This document shows, one piece after another, positions 46,745 through 63,084 of a stretch of 64,000 nt of DNA. The position numbers and the translations under genes were made by a program. Source of the stretch: the human T2T-CHM13v2.0 reference genome, Homo sapiens; the NCBI RefSeq assembly GCF_009914755.1, contig NC_060946.1. One strand, written 5' to 3'. Under the pieces are notes generated by a model. The model saw only the letters and a list, made by a program, of their open reading frames with translations. It was not told the DNA's origin and made no database searches. Position 1 is the first letter of the stretch, and every line of letters starts with the position of its first letter.

Positions 46745-47470
46745 AAAAAAAAATATTAAATAAGATGTGGTATATCCACATAATGAAGTATTATTTAGCA
46801 ATTAAAAAATGAAGTACTGCTATAACATGGATTGTGCTAAGTGAAAACATTATGCTAAGTGAAAGAAGCCAGACACAAGGGACCACATATTCTATTGAGT
46901 CTATTTATATAAACTGTATACAGAATAGGCAAAATCTGTAGAAAAGTGGAGACCACTTGTTGCATAGGGCTGGGGAAGTAGTGGGCATAGAGGAATTAAG
47001 AAGTGATGATTGGCCAGGAGCAGTGGCTCACGCCTGTAATTCCAGCAGATTCAGAGGCTGAGGCGCGTGGATCACTTGAGGTCAGGAGTTCAAGGCCAGC
47101 CTGGCCAACATGGCGAAATGCCACCTCAACTAAAAATACGAAAATTAGGCAGGTGGCATGCGCCTGTAGTCCTAGCTACTTAGGTGGCTGAGGCAGGGGG
47201 ATAGCTTGAACCTGGGAGGCGGAGGTTGCAGTGAGCCGAGATCATGCTACTGCACTCCAGCCTGGGCAACAGAGTGAGACTGTCTCAAAAAAAAAAAAAA
47301 GAAAAAGAAGTGATAACTACGGGGAATGGAGTTTCTTGTGGAATACTAAAAATGTCCTAAAACTGACTGTGGTGATGGTGATGGCTGAATGATTGTAAAC
47401 ATGCTAAAAGCCACACACTTTAAATGGGTGAACTGTACAGTATGTGAATTATATCTCAATAAAGCTGTTT
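46745..47470 (+). mobile_element. Old L1M 3' end, interrupted by an Alu
   Basis: atgtggtatatccacataatgaagtattatttagcaattaaaa; gctaagtgaaagaagccagacac; gtgaattatatctcaataaagctgtt. Confidence 0.85.
47011..47305 (+). mobile_element. AluS
   Basis: Full Alu; TSD aagaagtgat. Confidence 0.93.
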
Positions 47471-49055
47471 TAAAGTGCCCTTGGAGAGTATATCACCTCC
47501 TTTGGGAAGGAAATTTTAATGAGGGAACTTTGATTCTTCTAGCCATCCCTTGTTTCCAAATGCCTGCCTGCTCCTTCCTATCAATGATTCACTTTGCTAT
47601 TCCCATCCTCTGCTCACTGCACTATCTAGCTCAGGTTTACACCTTTCCTACGAAAACGACTGGGCTATTAGTTTTGTTTTGTTCTTCAAGTCCACCTCCA
47701 CTCTAGTGGACTTTAGTGTCCTTTCTTACACACCTAGTCTCCTTCTGTCCCAGCTCACATAGTAAAACAATACATATACACAGAATAGTGGCTAAACACC
47801 TGCCACACCATGAAAAAAAGAATGAGGATAAACGACAGCATAAAAGCACAGGTTTGGGAGTTTTAACTAATTTGGTTCCAATCAAAGCATTTGGCCAAGT
47901 TACTTTAAATGTCACTGTCAGTTTCCACTGCTGTAAAATGGGGAAAACTAATGTATCTAATTGCATGTGGTTATTATAAAAATTAAATGATTAATATGAT
48001 GCCTGGTCATGAAGGTCCTCAATAAATAATAACTGCTATTTATGGAAGTCTTATGCCCAGTTTTTCTCATGCTGTCATTCGGCAGCTCAGCCTCTATGTC
48101 AAAAAGCCAACAATAAAAGCAGGCTGTTGGTGCCATCAAATTGTTCACCATCAGTATTCCTATTTGTTCTAACCCATCTAACTCACAGATCCCAGTCTAT
48201 TCCTGATACTTTGGCTTTTTTACTTCAATTTGTTTTCTTATTTCTGGGCTCACTTTAACCTCAAACATGTTTAGTATTGCCTTTCCAGTTCCATGTCCCC
48301 TTCTCAACCAAAATCTGCTTACTGCCTTAATTTTATACTTTAAGCCACTCTGGACAAATTGTTTACCCACAGTACCAAAGCACTCAGTATCCTATTCTTC
48401 CTAAAAGCATATCATGAAATCAAAACAAGACGGACTTTAGCAAGAATTATGATAAAAAAGCTTACAACCTTACAAGGGACTACTTGGCAGCCATGAAATG
48501 ATGCAGCAGACATAGCTAATGGCATGAAACGATGTTTATAATAAAGTAGGCCTGAGCTGGAGGCATTTTACAAAAGTTTACACAATATGATTGACATCTG
48601 GTAAGGAATTTTAAAATGTGTATATATGCAAACAGAGTTACGCTGAAACAAGATAATCAACAACAAAACGTTAAGATAAAGTTAAATATATTAAGGCAGA
48701 TTTTATTCTATTCTTTTGATCTGCTGTATATTCTAAATTTTCTTCAATGAATGCAAATTACTTTTGTTTTAAAAAAATATTTTAAGGACTTTTAAAAAAG
48801 AATTAATTTAAAGATTGCAACGCCTCTTAGCATTTTCTTACCAGCCACTATAGTATGGCTCAGGAGTCAGAAAAACCAGGGTTCAAATCCCTATTCTACC
48901 ACTTATTCTATGTACGACTTTGGCAAATCACTTAATGCTTTTAAGGCTTGCTGTTCTCATGTGGAAAATGAAGAGGAAACTCCTAGCCAAGTACTTGGCA
49001 CATAGTCTTCCATAAATACCAGTGCCCTTAACTCTTCCACTCCTTTACCCTATGA

Positions 49056-49240
49056 CAGTGGTTCTCAAGTTGAGTGTGTATAAGAATTACCAAAGCATGT
49101 TAAAACAGATTACTGGACCCCATCCTCAGAGTTTCTGATTCAGTAAGTCTGGGGAAGAGGCAGAGACCATGAATAAAGGTAAGTTCCCAGGTGATGCTGA
49201 TGCGGCTGGATTTGAAGCCACACTTTGAGGATACTGCTCT
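49056..49240. mobile_element. MER5A
   Basis: cagtggttctcaa...cagagtttctgattcagtaagtctgggg...aagttcccaggtgatgctgatgc...cacactttgag. Confidence 0.8.
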
Positions 49241-49649
49241 AGGCAATAAGACTTACAAAGTCTTCTTACAACATGTTATACAGGTATGAAGTGCTCTTTC
49301 ACATCAAAAGTATTTCAGGAATACATGCTCACTGGATACTGAATTAAATTAGAAGCTAATACTGCACATCCACCCAAAAGGCCAACCTTACAACATGGGA
49401 TAATTCACCCCAGCACATTGAGGGAATTGGTCTTCCACTTAAAGCAGTCAGCAAATAACAATTATTAACACTGCATTTAGAATATTCTGGTTCCAGCATG
49501 GGAGAAAACATGAGAATGCAGACACAGATCAGACAAATGAAGAGATGGACAAGAGAATCCACTGCAAGAAGTTCTGTGCCTGTCTGGTAAATTCATCTGG
49601 GGCAGAGGGGCAGATTCTGTTGTGTCACAGAACACTTGCTTTGCTCTGG

Positions 49650-49741
49650 GTGCCCTCTGTTGACAAAAACTGACATAGCCACTTCCTTCCCTCCCTTTTC
49701 TCCTCCCACCCTAGGGCCAAGAGTCCCACTAGTGTGACTCA
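49650..49741. promoter_or_regulatory. Candidate CTCF motif with nearby ETS and AP-1 sites
   Basis: Minus strand TCAACAGAGGGCAC matches CCASYAGRKGGCRS at 12/14 (49650-49663); ACTTCC at 49681; TGACTCA at 49735-49741; motif match only. Confidence 0.3.
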
Positions 49742-50054
49742 GACTTGAGGCAAGGTTTCCAGTTAGAAAATTTTCCTAAGCCCATATGTAGGCAAGACAG
49801 ACCTTTCCTTCCTCCAGCTTTCCTAAGTCCCCTTCTCTGTGTGCTTGTATCTGCAGCTTATCTCCAAACAGGTTAATTGTTTCAGGACCATGGAACAAAA
49901 AGTGAACAGCATTTAGCATAATGATATGTGAAATTTAAATCACAATTGCATTTCATTTTAGAAATGGCTAGTATTCACACAGAGGGAATAAACTGAGTTT
50001 GTAAATAGTGTCAAATACAATGTGAAACTCTGTTGGTATTAAGAATACTGATAA

Positions 50055-50341
50055 GGCCGGGCATGGTGGCTCATGCCTGTAATCCCAGCACTTTGGGAGG
50101 CCATCGCGGGCAGATCACGAGGTCAGGAGTTCGAGGCCAGCCTGACCAACATAGTGAAACCCCATCTCTACTAAAAATACAAAAATTAGCCGGGCATGGT
50201 GGCTAATTTTCCAGCTAGTCAGAAGGCTGAGGCAGAAGAATTGCTTGAACCTGGGAGGCAGAGGTTGCAGTCAGCCAAGATTGCGCCACTGCACTCCAGA
50301 CTGGGTGACAGAGCTAGACTCCATTTCAAAAAAAAAAAAAA
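50055..50341 (+). mobile_element. AluSg-like with an internal inverted replacement
   Basis: Full Alu; ggctaatttt replaces the consensus gcgcctgtaatc. Confidence 0.92.
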
Positions 50342-50349
50342 CTAGACAT

Positions 50350-50672
50350 GTCTAAATCAGGACTTTGGTCTATGGGCTACTTGTTTTTGTAGAACCCACA
50401 CACAGACTACCAGCTAAGATAGCTTTTACATCTTGTAATGATTGAAAGAAAAAATCAAAAGAAAAATGACATTTCATGACATATAAAAATTATATGAAAT
50501 TAAAATTTCGGTACCCACAAATAAAGTTTTACTAGAATAGAGCCACAATCTTTTGTTTACTATAATCTAAGCCTGCTTCCCTGCTACCGTGCCAGAGTTC
50601 CTGAGTAGCTCTAACAGAGACCATATGGCCCAGATGCTCTCAGATGCTTTACAGAAAGTTTGCCCCCTCCTG
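50350..50672. mobile_element. MER58 (hAT-Charlie)
   Basis: aaataaagttttactagaatagagccac...cagagaccatatggccc...ctttacagaaagtttgcc. Confidence 0.7.
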
Positions 50673-51144
50673 TTTTAAACTATTGATAAATGTGACACCT
50701 GAACCTTCAGTCAGGTATGAAGTGCTGGGTTTGAAGTCCTATGGCTCTGTCTTAGCAATGACTTCCCCCAACATTTAGTGTGAGTCCTGCACGTGGTGAG
50801 GGGTCAGCCTACACTGCCTAACACACTCCCCTTGCATCCACAGAAGCTGAAGGTACTGTGATAGATTTCTGGCATGTTTTTTGGCTAATACTTATCAGCA
50901 ATCCTATAAAAGCATCCCATCTTACAAATGAGGAAGTAAGCCTAAGGGAAGTTAAGTATCAGTCCAAACTGGAATTTGAACTCAGGTCTGTCTGACACCA
51001 GAGTTCTTTGATCATTCCTCACTGGTTTTCAAACTGTCTTCCAGTCAGCAGAGCCTTATGGGGGAAAGGGCTCCAGGCCTTTCATATCTTTTTTTTCTTT
51101 TTTCTTTTTCCTTTTATTTCCCCAACTTCTTACACTTCCATATT

Positions 51145-51295
51145 GTTTTAGAGATAGGGTCTTTTGTCGCCCAGGCTGGAGTGCACTGGCACAGTCAGCT
51201 CACTGAAGCCTCGAACTCCTAGGTTCAGGCCATCCTCTTGCCTCAGCCTCTAGAGTAGCTGAGACTACAGGTGCACACCACCACATCTGGCTAAC
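51145..51295 (-). mobile_element. AluJ right arm / FRAM
   Basis: gagatagggtctt...gctcactgaagcctcgaactcctagg. Confidence 0.8.
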
Positions 51296-52598
51296 TTCCA
51301 AATCTTTTCTAGGAGGACCATTCCATTTGCCTTTTTAATAAATTGTGGCCAAGGAATTGGTTTTTTTTAAAAAGCCAATTTTATGCCACTTATTACCACC
51401 CTTGGCAAATCTCTCAGGAAACTGCAAATCTTGATTTCCTCATCTGCCAATGGAGATTAAAACCCTTCCCCCCCACCCAAATAATAAAGACTCACTGGGG
51501 TCTTACCAAAGATCAAATGAGAATGGGTATGAAAGCAATACCCATTACAGGTATTACAGCAATACCTGTAAACTATACAGGACTATAGATACATAACACA
51601 TAACTATCACCCCTTAGTAAATAGGGAAGCAAGTGGGAAGCAAGTGGGGAACATAATGTTTGCTGCTGAGCAAAGAAAAATTAAGCATGCAAGTAAAATG
51701 CAAAAAAAAAAAAATTCAAATAAAAGTAAATAAATGCCCAGTGCAAATATCAACCCTGGAATTTAACACATTTATTTTAAAACCCAGATTCACTCATTAA
51801 CAACTACATAGCCTTGGACAATGACTTAATCCCTTTGAGCCTTGGTTTCCTCACCTGCAAATGGGATTTAAAAACTACTTGCTTTATACAGTGCCTGCAC
51901 ATAGTCAGTATTCCACCTGTTAGCCCTCTTTTCATTAGGACACCCCCTGTCCCATGCCGAGACGTGTGTTACTCTGAAATTAAGATAATGTATGGGTTCC
52001 CTGTACCAATAATAGAATACCAGAATTAAAGAGCTAAAAGTATCTTTATCTTAAACGATCCTGTGATCCACACGACACCACAAAGCTTGTGAGAGCACAG
52101 GCTAAAGACACACTAAGGGAACAAAGATCCTAATGTAGTAATAGGAGATACATGGGAAAAGTTCTACTAATTCAATAAGTATATTTATTGAGTGTCTTAA
52201 GAGCCTTCTATGGCTCCATAAAATGACAGATTTACATTTAATATCCACTTGACCAAACCCATTAAACTTGTAAGAGGCACTCTCTTGCTGAACATCAGAT
52301 ATCTAGCTTCTTAAGTATTAATTTTTCATATCGCTCTGGCAAGGCAAAGGCAATAAAAACCTAGTGAAAGTCTGACCACAGTTTTGCTTTTTCCCCCACT
52401 TTGTCCATAAGAGAAAATCCAAATGGAGTAGTCTCTGTATTTCAACAAGCTGAAGTTGAGTTTATTTAATTTATCCCGTTACCACACTTTACCAAATTCA
52501 TATTGGGCACATACTTTGTGCAAAGTATTCAAGAAAACTAAGAAGCATGAGAGAACTCTTGTTCTTACAGAATTCTGTGTGTTGGTCAAACCTTTTCA

Positions 52599-52986
<388 letters not shown>

Positions 52987-52992
52987 GTAGAA

Positions 52993-53291
52993 GGCCGGGT
53001 GCAGTGGCTCACACCTGTAATCCCAACACTTTGGGAGCCTGAGGCAAGAGGATTGCTTGAGCTCAGGAATTCAAAACCAGCCTGGGCAACATAGCAAGAC
53101 GCTGTCTTTACTAAAAATAAAACATTAAAAAATTAGCTAGGCGTGGTAGCACATGCATGCCTGTAGTTCCAGCTACTTGGGAGGCTGAGGTGGGAGGATC
53201 ACTTACTTGAGCCCAGGAGTTCGAGGCTCCGCCACTGCACTCCAGCCTGAGGGACAGAGAGAGATCCTGTCTCCAAAAAAAACACAAAAAG
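52993..53291 (+). mobile_element. AluJ
   Basis: ggattgcttgagctcagg, ggaggatcac...gagcccaggagttcgaggct. Confidence 0.9.
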
Positions 53292-55078
53292 CAAAGTAGA
53301 AAGCATGTGCCCTGGGACACTGAGTCAGCTCGCAAATAAATGCACTAGCCAAAACCTCAAGGAGAAGGTAGCATTTGAAGTGAGATTTAAAGGACGACCT
53401 GTATTTAAACATGGGACATGGGAAATAGTGTAAGTAAAGGAATTAGAATTCAAACCCACATTTAATTCCAAAGCTACGCTACCCCACCCCACAGTGTGGC
53501 TTGAACAGAGTACCTTACACAAAACAGAAGGAAAAAGACTGAGGCCATATCACAGAAGGCTTAGGATATCACACTAAAGAATATTCAGCAGATAAAAGCT
53601 AAGCAGAGTAATGAGACTCCAGTGAGATCAGAGCTGTTTAAATGCATGATTACATAGTACTTGCTGAGAGTATTTTCTGGTGGTACCAAAGTTTCTAACA
53701 CAAGATCTTAAGTTACCTGTTGTATTCCCCTGTCTCTCTAATCAACCCTAGATGAGATCAGTATAATAGTATGCAGCTAATGCTATTAAGAAAATTAAAA
53801 TATTTAATCTGTAACTGAAACCCGTAACTATATTGTCCACCAACTATGAGGCCTTTTGTCTTACCTTATACTTAATTAGTTGGTTTCATTCTAAATCATC
53901 TGCCAGTGACTGTCTGTTGAAGAACAAAGCACTGAATAAATATGTCAAGCTTCTTAAATGTAACTCACAAAATGGTAGCCAGAATTGATTATAAAAGACC
54001 ATCGATTGCTTGGTAGTACTAACCGCTACAGCAAGAATATCCCTACTAACTACTTAGCTGCCCTAACCAAGTCTAGTCAGATGAATTTCTCGATTTTGAA
54101 AATTGCTAATGGAAATTCTATAATTTTCCTTTGTAAATGGCCCTATCTTTAGTCAGATAATTCTTTTTGATGGTCACATTAAACCTCTCATTACAATACA
54201 AATCAATTGCCTATATACAAAATAACAGGTCAATCTATTGAAAAGTCAATCAGTGAAATTATGATCCATCCATTAACAAAATATTTAAGCAACTGGGTCA
54301 TGAGTGGACTAACAATCACAGCTCAACAATCCCAGCAACCCTAAACTAAGCAAAAAGAGGCAAAGCTAGGGGGAAAAGTCAAACTGCGGCATAAAAGGCA
54401 AGATGTGACAAACCAGGTACAGAAGAGCGATGAGAATAAAAGCCAGCCATATTTTTAATACTTCTGGCATCATTCATCTATCCACAGATCCACAGTAGCC
54501 CTGAAGGATTTAGGAGGTGAGAGAACGCTCAAAGTATGACACTCCCAGGACCCACAAAAACCAAACCCATTACCACCAAAGAGTCCTTAAAGCAAAAAGA
54601 AGAAACTTGGGCCCAGAGATGAGAAGATGAGAAGAGACTTTCTGGGTTACCTGGAAAGCCAAAGGCAGAGTTTAGTGCAACCTATTTTCACAACATCAGG
54701 CAATAAGTCACTCTTGACCTAGGACATTTTTAAGACTTTAATCCTTTCAAACATCCTATGGTATCCTCACATTCACAGAAAGCTGAGTCTTGAGAGAAGT
54801 TAAGTGATTTCCTCCTAGTCCTCGCAGTATTTCCCAAACTCTCTTGGATCCAAACTTTATGGAAATGTTCATACAGACATGTTAAACGATTTGAAACAAT
54901 CAGAGGCAATAAGGAAAAATTTCATAAGGGAGATTAAGTTGTGAACAAGGATCTTAATGGATACTTAGGATTCTGCTGGTAAAGGAGAAACATTTCAAAC
55001 GAAAGGCATTAGGAAGAAATAAATGCCCAAGATAGATATTTGAAGGACAGTGAAGAGACATATATAAAGCAGAAGAAA

Positions 55079-55396
<318 letters not shown>

Positions 55397-56419
55397 TTAC
55401 TAGGGTAGTAATGAGAAACAGAGCTGGAAAAATGGGAAGCAAATTGTAGCGAGCCTTGAATGTCTGGCTCAGTTTTTACAAAATTCTGCTCAAGTTATAA
55501 AGTCCCAAAAATGACTCCCTCTTATACGCATGCTGCCAAGACCCAAGAGTCAGGTAAATAAACTTACACAGATTTCATTTCCTTCACAAAGACCTCTTTT
55601 TCTTGGAGATGTCCAACAGCTAGATTCCTGAGCTAGAAATTTCAAATCTACAGATAATTCATTTCAAATAGTGAATAAGAATCAAAAGGAAAATGAGAAA
55701 ATAGACTTAAATCAGAATGTGAGAACTAATCATTCCCTTGTAAAGCTTCCTTATGGCCTCTTTTCCATAAAATAAATGAGAAAAATGACTTACTAGCCCT
55801 ATTTACATGCCAAGAAATTTACATATGTTATCTCTAATACTGTAACAACCTTTCATAATAGGAATTATTCCTATTTCACAGATGAAGAAATTGAGGCTCA
55901 GAGAACAAAAACTTGCCTAAAGTCATTTAGCCTGCAACAGCAGGATTGATATTTAAACCTAAAGCCAAGGAGGGTGTGTGCATATGTGTGTGTGTCTGTG
56001 TCTGTTGGGGGGGCAGGGGTGTCTGTCTGTCTGTCTGCAGAGAAATTGCCACAAAACAGCTTTATATAGAAGCTACAGTTTAAAAAAATAAAAGCCAATG
56101 AACCTAGCTGATCCTCACTCTGCCATATACCTTAGGACATGCAGAAAGCAGCACAATTTCTCTTCATCACATGAAGAGCTTTCCTGCCCAAACATGCTTG
56201 CCACCAAGCATCGGGAGAAGGCTGTAGCCAAGCACGAAGCCACTACAAACCTGCAAATCTTCTTTGAAGGAACCACCAGGCCTCAGCAGAGAGGCAAATG
56301 CCTGTTTTCATAGTTGCTTTCATAAAATAGTTATTCAGAATTTATGCAAACTTAGCAAATATGGATGAAAACAATTCTGTTTTCTTTTATTGGAGAAGGA
56401 CGAAGATACATATTACAAA

Positions 56420-57772
<1,353 letters not shown>

Positions 57773-58074
57773 CTTTTTTTTTTTTTTTTTTTTTTGAGAC
57801 GGAGTCTCACTCTGTCGCCCAGGCTCGAGTGCAGTGGCATAATCTCAGCTCACTGCAACCTCCGCCTCCTGGGTTCAAGCGATTCTCGTGCCTCAGCTCC
57901 CAAGTAGCTGGGATTACAGGCACCCGCCACCATGCCCCACTAATTTTTGTATTTTTAGTAGAGATAGGGTTTCCCCATGTTGGCCAGGCTGGTTTCGAGC
58001 TCCAGACCTCAGGTGATTCCCCCGCCGCAGTCTCCCAAAGTGCTGGGATTACAGGCGTGAGCCACTGCGCTGGC
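57773..58074 (-). mobile_element. AluSx
   Basis: Poly-T + Alu; TSD ataga(a/g)cttttt. Confidence 0.93.
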
Positions 58075-58302
58075 CATAGAGCTTTTTAAAAAGCAACAGC
58101 CAAATACATATTTATATTTATTTTCTCTACATAGTAACTCCAAGGGAAACAAATATGTAAGACAGGCAAAGTAATAATATTTTGTTTGGATATAAAATAA
58201 ATAGTCATAATAATTATTATATATTCACAAATCAATAAATATTGATTTGACCCAAAAAATGGCTTTATTAGAAGGAAAGAGGTCTATAAAACTGCTAATT
58301 TC

Positions 58303-58610
58303 TGGGCAGGCGCAGTGGCTCATACCTGTAATCCCAGCACTTTGGGAGGCTGAAGCAGGCGGATCACTTGAGGTCAGGAGTTCGAGATCAGCCTGGCCAA
58401 CACAGAGGAACCCCATCTCTACTAAAAATATAAAAAGTAGTCGGGTTTGGTGGTGTGCGCCTGTAATGCCAGCTACAGGGGAGGATGAGGCACAAGAATC
58501 ACTTGTACCCAGGAGGCGGAGGTTGCAGTAAGCCAAGATGACACACCTGCACTCCTGCCTGGGCAACACAACAAGACCTTGTCTCAAAAAATAAAAATAA
58601 AATAAAATAA
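58303..58610 (+). mobile_element. AluS
   Basis: Full Alu; TSD tgctaatttct. Confidence 0.93.
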
Positions 58611-59248
58611 AATTGCTAATTTCTCATCTTCAACAGTAGGAAGCCAAAGAATAGTGCCAAAATTTGGACAAATCATGAAACAGCAGAATAAGCATATTAC
58701 TTAGCATGGCAGTGAGCAGCAGAAGAAATAAAACAGTCTTTCCTGGAGTGAAAAGATTTTTAACTGTTTGAAGAATGAAATGATCTAAAATGTAATAGTA
58801 AAGCTGATTACATGGATTGAGAAAAGTGCTACAAGAACACTAGACACTACAGCATATACCAGACCTTCATCCACTAGAGGGTGTAAGGACAACACCACAG
58901 AAGGACCTAAACTATTGATGGGTGACCTGAGGTCAGATGTTGGACAGAAGCAACAGTTTGAAAAAGCTTTGCACAAAGGCTGAAAGTGGGGTTCTAGACA
59001 ACCTAACAGGGGGGAAAAAAAGCAATTTCACACTTCCTGTAATTTAAGAGCAAAGCAAAAGCATGTTTAGTTAAAAAAAAAAAAAAAAGAGGATCAGAAA
59101 GAAAATTATTATAGATTGCGAGATACAGAAGGGGTAACGTTTTACTTCTGAACCATTTTAATTCAGTCTCCAGCTGGGGGGCCTTAGAGCTTGGGTGGAG
59201 AGATGGAAAGTAGGGGAGTGACTGCTAAAAGGTATGGGGTTTCTTGTG

Positions 59249-59618
<370 letters not shown>

Positions 59619-59879
59619 TTAGTGGGTCCAGGAAAAATCCAGCAGAAATCAATTTTGGTCAATCGTTAGTCACAATCGACAATTTTTTGAAGGGGACAGA
59701 AAATATCACAGTACTTAGAACATGGTTAAGATAGGCAGCATTTGGTAAGACTAATTCTAAGTTATAGTCAACATATATGTATGTGTGTATACTGGGTCAT
59801 GACATAAAAGCAACTGCCTCCTTGGGGTCAGTCTTTTTTTAAGCTCAAAAGCACTAAGCTAGAACCTGAACACACTTAC

Positions 59880-59954
59880 CATGTCCTCCATTCCACCAAC
59901 TATCCCCGAGGGAAGAAAAGTAGTCATCATTTCTTCAATCAAGCCAAATGAGCA
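59880..59954 (-). other. Candidate 75-nt open exon (CSFGLIEE-MMTTFLPSGIVGGMEDM), or first exon using ATG 59930; possibly of RBFOX2
   Basis: ATG|GTAAGT donor at 59880/59879 in phase 0; weak acceptor cttctgtAG at 59955-59956; no stop in frame. Confidence 0.4.
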
Positions 59955-60353
59955 CTACAGAAGATATATTTGCTGTTGTCCACAGCTCCCAATAAAAAAA
60001 AAGCCTTGAAAGTTCATTGCAAAAATTTGACTAAAATAAAGTTCATTTTCTACCCATGAAAAAACTGGTTAGAAAAAAGAAAAAAAAAATCTTGAGGAAA
60101 GAAAATACTTGTTAAGAAAAGAAACCCTTAGGTCATTTTAAATTTACCCTCTTATTAAAAGTAAGGCTGCCACTCTGAATTTAAATCTATAATTGTCTAT
60201 GTTATATTTGTCAACTTAAGCATCTCCTTTGATGTTCCCACTTGTTTCTGCTAATCAATGGGACATTGTGTCTTTCAACAGAATTTTAGAAAATTGAAGA
60301 AAAAAATATAGTTTTGAGAAGTCATTGACAAGCATTTTAAACATCAAAGAATG

Positions 60354-60681
<328 letters not shown>

Positions 60682-61680
60682 TTAGATCATAAGTTATTTT
60701 AACAAACAAGATAGAAAACTTGACAGAAATAAGTTACTCAAGAACTTTCAAGTCATATGAAGACTTCATGCTCCCACATTCTCCAAAGATTCCAGAATAT
60801 CTTATCTTGTCACACCAGCAAAAGAACACTTATATTCAGAGAGACACTGACAGACAAATACAAAAGGGAAATACAAGACATGGAGGCTGAAAATCGGGGT
60901 TCAAGTCCAATTCTTTACTTACTACCTATATAACTAAGACTGGGAGATTCATTTGACAGTCTCTGTGCTTTGGTATTCTTTTATCTATAAAATTGGGATA
61001 ATAAAGCCCAAGCCACCTAGCTGAACTATTGTGAAGATCAAAAGTGGATATACACAGGAGGGTTTTGTAAACTGTAAAGCAGTTAGCAGATATTAGTTGG
61101 GTTTTTTGTGTACCACAAATATATACATTTGTATTCATCAATTAATAAACAAAATAGTACACTACAGCTTAAATAATTTTTAATGATGAAATAATGAAAG
61201 CTTTCAACACTTAGTTTTGCAAGTATCCCACTGCTGAACATCCCTTACTTGGTTAGGCCACCCCAATGAAGCAAAACAAATTATCTCTAGTTTGTGTGTA
61301 TCTGTTCTAATCCTCTTCCCTACCCATCCCCCAAACCGAGTTGACTCTAAAACAATAGAACAAAATTTAGTCAAGTAACCACTAAGGAGATACAAAATTG
61401 ATGAAACAAAAGTAAGTCTTCCCTGTGGTTGATTAAAGTATAAGCCTCTTTTAATCAATTAACTTGTTAAATTAACTAATGTTCTCCAGTTCCCAAGTCT
61501 AATAAAGGGACGCTTTTAACAGTCTTAAACCACCTAAAACTAGTAAACAACTCTCTCCTATTTGCCCCCAAGCCCTTTCTTCTCCCAGTAGCTGAGTTGT
61601 ATGCTTACCAAAAATCACTTGTGTTTATTCACCTGCCAGTTTATAGAAGTCGTAAGTTCTTATAATTATATAATTAAATG

Positions 61681-61681
<1 letters not shown>

Positions 61682-61720
<39 letters not shown>
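61682..61720. repeat. (TA)n(CA)n microsatellite
   Basis: Direct reading. Confidence 0.97.
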
Positions 61721-61722
<2 letters not shown>

Positions 61723-62614
61723 CAATGAAATAAATTAGAAAATTTCCTTGAAAATAACTAATGTGAATGCTTTGTGAAAAATAAGTCAAGACACTGAAAA
61801 CTTAGGCTCAAATTAGATGTGGGCAGGATAACTGTAAAAGACCGGGCAAGAAGGGAAAACCATACAAATCTAGATAGACAGTTTCACCCAAATTGCTCTG
61901 AATGTCATCAAGACCGTGTTCCTCTTTAAAAAAAAAAACAAATTAGAACTCACAGATGATGCTCTGGGAGCACAGTTTATGCAAAAAATTCAAGTAGTAT
62001 TTCAATCACATCTATATATAAGGATCTTGACCTCATATCAGGAAACTAAAGAGTAAGCATATATTTGTTTAAATTAAAAATGCTCTATATTAAAATAAAA
62101 GTTTAAAATATTTCCCCACTTCAACCAATTGTTTAGATTAACCCACGGCCTACTAGTTCTGATCACTTTGGTTAAGAAAACACTGACTGTATTTCTTCAA
62201 TTAGAGAAGGATGGCCATACATCCCAGTTTACCTGGGACTGTTTGAAACTAATTATTGGCATCACTTTTTATTCTCAAAAGTGCCCCAACTTGAATGCTA
62301 AAGTTTATATGGTCACCTTATTTATAACAGACATAAAGTTGTTGCACCAAAAGCGAGCGAGGGGCCAGCCTTAGGAGCCTTAGGACCCCCATCACTTTCT
62401 AGGAAACCCCTAAGAGCCATCCCATATAAATAATCTTCGCAAAAACAGTAAGGCTGCTGTGCAGAACAAGGCCCTCTTCTAATCAGATTGCTGCTCTTAA
62501 GCTCTTCTTATATAAAAACCCTAGAGCTGATGCACATAAGTATTCTCCCACTTTAAAAATACTGCAAATCCATAAAACATTCTAGCCTTAATCAAGGCCT
62601 GGGAACACGCCTAA

Positions 62615-63084
<470 letters not shown>

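Noticed and set aside
54630-54672. Minus-strand ctttccAG followed by GTAACCCAG, resembling the start of the RBFOX GNQE exon
   Set aside because: The following sequence does not encode EPTTTPDAM and no convincing donor was found.
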